NCBI GenBank assembly: GCA_020630225.1
Contig: JAHDBS010000004.1
Location: 1-39,138 of the forward strand
DNA from: Anaerolineales bacterium
GTDB lineage: Bacteria > Chloroflexota > Anaerolineae > Anaerolineales > UBA6668
Direction: 5' to 3'
DNA length: 39,138 nt
Part shown: positions 35,392 through 39,138 of the stretch, piece after piece
How the letters are laid out: every line of letters begins with the position of its first letter
Position numbering within the stretch: position 1 is the first letter of the stretch
The notes under the pieces: model-generated
What the model was told of the DNA's origin: nothing
Seen by the model: only the letters and a program-made list of their open reading frames with translations
The model's database searches: none
Made by a program: the position numbers and the translations under genes

Positions 35392-36263
35392 ACACCAGAC
35401 AAAAACTCTCACTCCTTGGTCTCGCAGCCGCCGCAATTGTGGCAATGATGCTGCTGGCCTCTTCTTTGGAGAAAACAGAGTTAGCAACTGCGCAAGTCTT
35501 ATATTTCAAACAAGTCACACCCACGCCTGTTCCACGCGGTGACACCTTTAGTGAATTTGGTGACTATCAGCCTTACAACGACAATTGGTGGCCGCTAGCA
35601 GTCATTGTCACCATATTGGTCATCATGGTCATTTGGGACGAACGCACTCGTTCTGGCGCAATTGCGAGCCTCATTGCAGTTGGCATTATTTACCTGATAT
35701 GGATTGTGGTCCAGCTGTTTGCGCGTCCGCCGGATTCAGACGACACTGAAGTGCTGCCAATGGAACGCTTAGAAGAGCTCATCTCGCGTATTCCAAGAGA
35801 AATCCCACCGGTCCCAGACTGGTTGGTCATCGCAATCAGTATCGGCTTAGTCGCTGTCCTGAGTGGTGTTGCCTACTTTCTCTACCGTCGTTTCTCAACA
35901 CCAGCTGAGCCAGACATTCGTGGCAAACTGGCACGCGACTTGCAATTTAGCATTGATGCACTTGAAGCAGGCGCCGACTACCGAGATACAGTTACCGCTT
36001 GCTATGAAACACTTTTGCGAACGCTCAGTGAAGATCGCGGCATCAGTCGAAAGCAATATTTGACCCCAAGTGAGTTCTCACAGCAGCTCACTGAGTTTGG
36101 TGTCCCCGCAGCACAAATTAGCACGCTGACAGGCTTATTTGAAAGCGCACGCTACAGCGAACGCGAACCAGACAATACACAGCTGAAATCGGCGCAAGCA
36201 TGCTTACAATCGATCTTAGACTGGCTAAAAACGTCAAATAGTAGCGCGTCTCAAACCGCCTAA
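35388..36263 (+). CDS. DUF4129-like membrane protein
   Basis: 291-aa ORF with an ATGA overlap on the preceding gene. Four predicted TM helices. The C-terminal block DTVTACYETLLRTLSEDRGISRKQYLTPSEFSQQL...LFESARYSEREPD matches the DUF4129 pattern as I remember it. Confidence 0.6.
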   Translation: MNTRQKLSLLGLAAAAIVAMMLLASSLEKTELATAQVLYFKQVTPTPVPRGDTFSEFGDYQPYNDNWWPLAVIVTILVIMVIWDERTRSGAIASLIAVGIIYLIWIVVQLFARPPDSDDTEVLPMERLEELISRIPREIPPVPDWLVIAISIGLVAVLSGVAYFLYRRFSTPAEPDIRGKLARDLQFSIDALEAGADYRDTVTACYETLLRTLSEDRGISRKQYLTPSEFSQQLTEFGVPAAQISTLTGLFESARYSEREPDNTQLKSAQACLQSILDWLKTSNSSASQTA

Positions 36264-36311
36264 AACACACCAAATTCAAACGTCTGACCATTGGATATTC
36301 AATGGCGGCTA

Positions 36312-36320
36312 TGTTATAAA
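36312..36320 (+). promoter_or_regulatory. Candidate extended -10 (TGTTATAAA) 8 nt upstream of ATG 36329 (leaderless-type)
   Basis: TGnTATAAA match with no SD between it and the start codon. Confidence 0.35.
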
Positions 36321-36328
36321 CAGACCAC

Positions 36329-37540
36329 ATGACTCTCAACGGAAAAGGACTTTACATTTGGAACGTTGCCAACTGCGAAGGCGGCAATCCTGAGGCAATT
36401 GCGAACAAAGCCCAACAGGCTGGTCTGACGCATGTGTTGATCAAAGTTGCCGACCATCGCTCGCCGCACAATATTGTGAACGGGCGTGACTTGGCACAAG
36501 AAACCGTCAACGCCTTGCGCAATCGCCGCATCCAAGCATGGGGCTGGCAATATGTATATGGTGATGATCCGGCTGGTGAAGCCCGCATTGCCGTTGAACG
36601 CACCCGCGCCTTACGTCTAGACGGCTTTGTTGTAGATGCTGAGCGCGAATATAAGCGTAAATATACTGCCGCGCGTCAATATATGGCCGCGCTGCGCAAC
36701 GGGCTACCTAACACGCCGATTGCGCTAAGTTCTTACCGTTACCCTAGCTACCATCGTGAGCTGCCGTGGGCCGCATTTCTTGAAAAATGTGACTACAACA
36801 TGCCGCAGGTCTATTGGGAAATGGCCCATAATCCTGACAAGCAACTTAAACGGACTGTCGCTGAGTTTTCAGACACGCGCTTAGTCGGCTTCCGCCGCCC
36901 AATTATTCCAACTGGGGCAGCTTACGGTCATGGCGCATGGGTACCGACGCCTGCTGACATTACGTTGTTTATGAAAACATCAGTGGAGTTAGGTCAGGCC
37001 GCTGCCAATTTATATTCATGGGACTGGTCAACCAGCCCAGGTAATCATCATCTGTTTGATGCAATTGCCAACTTCAACTGGCCCGGGTCACCACCGTCAG
37101 GCGGCACGCCTGTCACGCCTACCCCACCGCCAACAACAGACCCTGAAGTTGAGCCGTTAGACCCAATTGACGTCAACGACCCAGGTGACCCTGGAGACTC
37201 TGAATTCAACGTCAACACACTGTTAGGCCGCATGCTAACAGCGCTAAACAGTTCAGACATTGAAAGCCTCATTGCGCTCTATCATGCCAATGCGGGGCAC
37301 GTAAACTTCAAACGAATTGTGATTGGTCACAATTCATTACGGGAGTGGTACAACCAACTCCTTTTCCAAGACTTGCCAAATGCAACGTTCAATATTGGTA
37401 AACCAAGCGGCAATGGCCGCTCATGGACATACCGCTGGACAGCAAATAGCCCTGCTGGTCAGGTACGCAATGGAGAAGACACCATCGGAATTCGTGATGG
37501 TCTCATCCAGTACCACTACACCAGCTTCATGAAGACTTAG
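36329..37540 (+). CDS. Two-domain protein: GH25/Rv2525c-like TIM-barrel glycoside-hydrolase-like domain, Pro/Thr/Asp linker, SnoaL/NTF2-like domain
   Basis: 403-aa ORF. The N-terminal region GKGLYIWNV...THVLIKVAD...WGWQYVYGDDPAGEARIAVERTRALRLDGFVVDAERE resembles lysozyme-type GH25-like barrels. The linker is PPSGGTPVTPTPPPTTDPEVEPLDP.... The C-terminal region LIALYHANAGHVNF...WTYRW... is NTF2-like. The domain calls are tentative. Confidence 0.5.
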   Translation: MTLNGKGLYIWNVANCEGGNPEAIANKAQQAGLTHVLIKVADHRSPHNIVNGRDLAQETVNALRNRRIQAWGWQYVYGDDPAGEARIAVERTRALRLDGFVVDAEREYKRKYTAARQYMAALRNGLPNTPIALSSYRYPSYHRELPWAAFLEKCDYNMPQVYWEMAHNPDKQLKRTVAEFSDTRLVGFRRPIIPTGAAYGHGAWVPTPADITLFMKTSVELGQAAANLYSWDWSTSPGNHHLFDAIANFNWPGSPPSGGTPVTPTPPPTTDPEVEPLDPIDVNDPGDPGDSEFNVNTLLGRMLTALNSSDIESLIALYHANAGHVNFKRIVIGHNSLREWYNQLLFQDLPNATFNIGKPSGNGRSWTYRWTANSPAGQVRNGEDTIGIRDGLIQYHYTSFMKT

Positions 37541-37565
37541 TTGCCCCTCAATTTGACATTCGTCG

Positions 37566-37618
37566 TAAGCCGACGTTGCGTTTGAGCCTTTTCATGCGTA
37601 ACGTCGGCTTATTTTTTT
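37566..37618 (+). terminator. Terminator-like hairpin with U-tract, abutting the next start codon
   Basis: TAAGCCGACGTT-22 nt loop-AACGTCGGCTTA (12-bp stem) followed by TTTTTTT. ATG 37622 follows after GCA. Confidence 0.6.
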
Positions 37619-37621
37619 GCA

Positions 37622-38131
37622 ATGCGTCGCCCAATAACAGTCCAGAAATTCAAATATAACGGTACGCTGCGCTCCGCATGGCAAGGAGAGCTTTTAGAGT
37701 CCCCCCATGAAAAATGGACGCTCGTATTACATCATCCCGAGCGGCATGTGAAGCAACAAAATGGGAAGCGACAAGCCCATGACCGAGTGTTTATCCACGG
37801 ATTTCATCATAGCAAGCCGCTAGCCGTGCTTATTGAGTACAACAAAGATCTCTCCGTCCGAGAAATCAAGTGTGATGCCGCTTTACCTGCAAAAATTGGG
37901 TCCAAGAAAATCAGCTTTGTAGATTTAGACCTAGACCTGATTGTGTCACGCAAATTGAACTATCACGTACGAGACCAAGTCGCCTTTGCCAAGCGCGTCA
38001 TCCGCTGGGGATACCCCATGAAAGTACGAAGGCAGGCATATGCAGGCATCAAGCAAGCGAAGACGCTGGTGCGCAAAGAAAAATTCCCCTTCAAAAAACC
38101 ACTATATCCAAAACTGAAATTAGATATCTAG
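37622..38131 (+). CDS. DUF402 domain protein (FAU-1/Ntdp-like)
   Basis: 169-aa ORF. The pattern KFKYNG...W.G..L and the acidic cluster FVDLDLDLIV are typical of DUF402 as I recall it. Confidence 0.55.
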   Translation: MRRPITVQKFKYNGTLRSAWQGELLESPHEKWTLVLHHPERHVKQQNGKRQAHDRVFIHGFHHSKPLAVLIEYNKDLSVREIKCDAALPAKIGSKKISFVDLDLDLIVSRKLNYHVRDQVAFAKRVIRWGYPMKVRRQAYAGIKQAKTLVRKEKFPFKKPLYPKLKLDI

Positions 38132-38284
38132 ACAAGCCGCGCGTAAAACAACAATTGATGAAATGTTGAACTGATGCCCGGTTAATGCGGAGATCTCTTA
38201 TTAATCAGCCTCTTTTCCTATGCTCAAAACAGAACATACATGCTAATATTGTGAGCATCACACATTTCAACGGGGAGGTTGACA

Positions 38285-38722
38285 ATGAAATACACAACAG
38301 AAATCACAATTGATTTACCACGCGACCGCATGATCGAAATTTTTGACAATCCGGACAACATGCAAAAATGGATGGAAGGACTGCAAGAGTGGGAAAACAT
38401 TAGCGGCGAACCGGGCACACCTGGGGCGCAAATGCGAATGAAGTTCTTGCAAGGCAAACGCGAAATCGATATGGTGGAAACCATTGTCGCCCGCAACATG
38501 CCAGATGAATTTCGCGTCATTTATGAAGCACAAGGCGTCAAAAATTGGGCAAATAATTACTTCACAGTACAAGGGCCAAATAAAACGCGCTGGAAAGCTG
38601 AGCATGAATTCAAGTTCGGCGGCTTTATGCGTCTAATGTCATTCTTCATGCCAACATCAATGTTCAAAAAGCAAACGCTCAAGAACATGAATGACTTTAA
38701 GGCCTTTGCTGAGAGCCAATAA
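38285..38722 (+). CDS. SRPBCC (START/polyketide-cyclase-like) superfamily protein
   Basis: ATG 6 nt after GGGGAGG. About 145 aa. MKYTTEITIDLPRDRMIEIFDNPDNMQKW is the typical SRPBCC N-terminus. Confidence 0.75.
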   Translation: MKYTTEITIDLPRDRMIEIFDNPDNMQKWMEGLQEWENISGEPGTPGAQMRMKFLQGKREIDMVETIVARNMPDEFRVIYEAQGVKNWANNYFTVQGPNKTRWKAEHEFKFGGFMRLMSFFMPTSMFKKQTLKNMNDFKAFAESQ

Positions 38723-38760
38723 GGCAGCAACCTACCGCAAAACGCAATACAATTAAACAA

Positions 38761-38796
38761 AACGCAGAGAATCCTCACCCTTCTCTGCGTTTTTTT
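38761..38796 (+). terminator. Rho-independent terminator between the two SRPBCC paralogs
   Basis: AACGCAGAGAA-9 nt-TTCTCTGCGTT (11-bp stem) running into a 7-T tract. The next ATG is 4 nt later. Confidence 0.8.
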
Positions 38797-38800
38797 GATT

Positions 38801-39138
38801 ATGAAATTTGCACTTGCGATTACCGTCAACCTTCCCCGTGAACGCGTCTTAGAGCTTTTTGACGATCACGACAATGTCACCAAATGGCAGCCAAATTTAG
38901 TCAGTCGAGAATTATTAGAGGGGAAGCTTGGCTATCCCGGCTGTAAAACCCGCATGATTTTCAATACCCTTGGTCAACGGATTGAAATGATGGAGACTGT
39001 TACCGCTCGTAATTTGCCAGATGAGTTCCGTGCGGAATATGCCTCTAACGGTGTCCTCAACACAGCCCGCAACCTCTTCATTGCAGAAACACCTGACACT
39101 ACGCGCTGGATTTCAGAAAATGTATTTACGTTTAGTGG
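38801..39138 (+). CDS. SRPBCC superfamily protein, paralog of the preceding gene (3' end beyond the window)
   Basis: Manual translation gives MKFALAITVNLPRERVLELFDDHDNVTKWQPNLVSRELLEG...ETVTARNLPDEFRAEY.... It is colinear with the preceding protein (ETIVARNMPDEFRVIY). No stop codon in the window. Confidence 0.7.
   Translation, partial: MKFALAITVNLPRERVLELFDDHDNVTKWQPNLVSRELLEGKLGYPGCKTRMIFNTLGQRIEMMETVTARNLPDEFRAEYASNGVLNTARNLFIAETPDTTRWISENVFTFS

Noticed and set aside
1-39138. CRISPR arrays, transposons or IS elements, prophage genes, toxin-antitoxin pairs or known defence systems
   Set aside because: Reading both strands, I found no regularly spaced repeats, terminal inverted repeats with a transposase, or recognisable defence or phage protein motifs. 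The window looks like core chromosome.

Overview
Gene-dense 39.1-kb chromosomal segment with about 37 protein genes and one tRNA-Leu, dominated by housekeeping functions. No CRISPR array, transposase, integrase, prophage or recognisable defence genes are visible. Pro/Thr-rich linkers, a Hanks-type kinase, frequent GTG/TTG starts and many Shine-Dalgarno-less starts suggest a Chloroflexota-like (Anaerolineae-type) bacterium, but this is an impression I cannot verify here. Recognised genes: ftsH (partial), Ser/Thr kinase, lipid kinase, large PQQ-propeller protein, secG, two orphan ABC substrate-binding proteins, Lon-N-domain protein, plsX-fabF, TerC, a phosphohexomutase, xseA-xseB, a divergent PAP2 protein, murJ, two tandem PAS histidine kinases, HDAC-like deacetylase, NUDIX hydrolase, a PEP-utilising (rifampin-phosphotransferase-like) enzyme coupled to a DUF4129 protein, a GH25-like/SnoaL fusion, DUF402 and two SRPBCC paralogs. 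The most unusual feature is a translationally coupled five-gene operon (14561-18657). It contains a divergent tgt-family transglycosylase, two mutually divergent FmrO/Rmt-Arm-type 16S rRNA (m7G1405-type, aminoglycoside-resistance family) methyltransferases, rsmE and rsmI, so every product is predicted to modify a nucleotide at the ribosomal decoding centre. Other points worth a second look: the tandem orphan sensor kinases behind a 367-bp AT-rich region with a perfect 12-bp-arm palindrome and 11-bp-phased direct repeats; the dikinase-like enzyme lacking a PEP/pyruvate domain; several -10 boxes placed 6-9 nt before start codons (leaderless architecture); and three intrinsic-terminator hairpins that abut the next start codon. 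All homology calls rest on motif recognition from memory, with no searches run.
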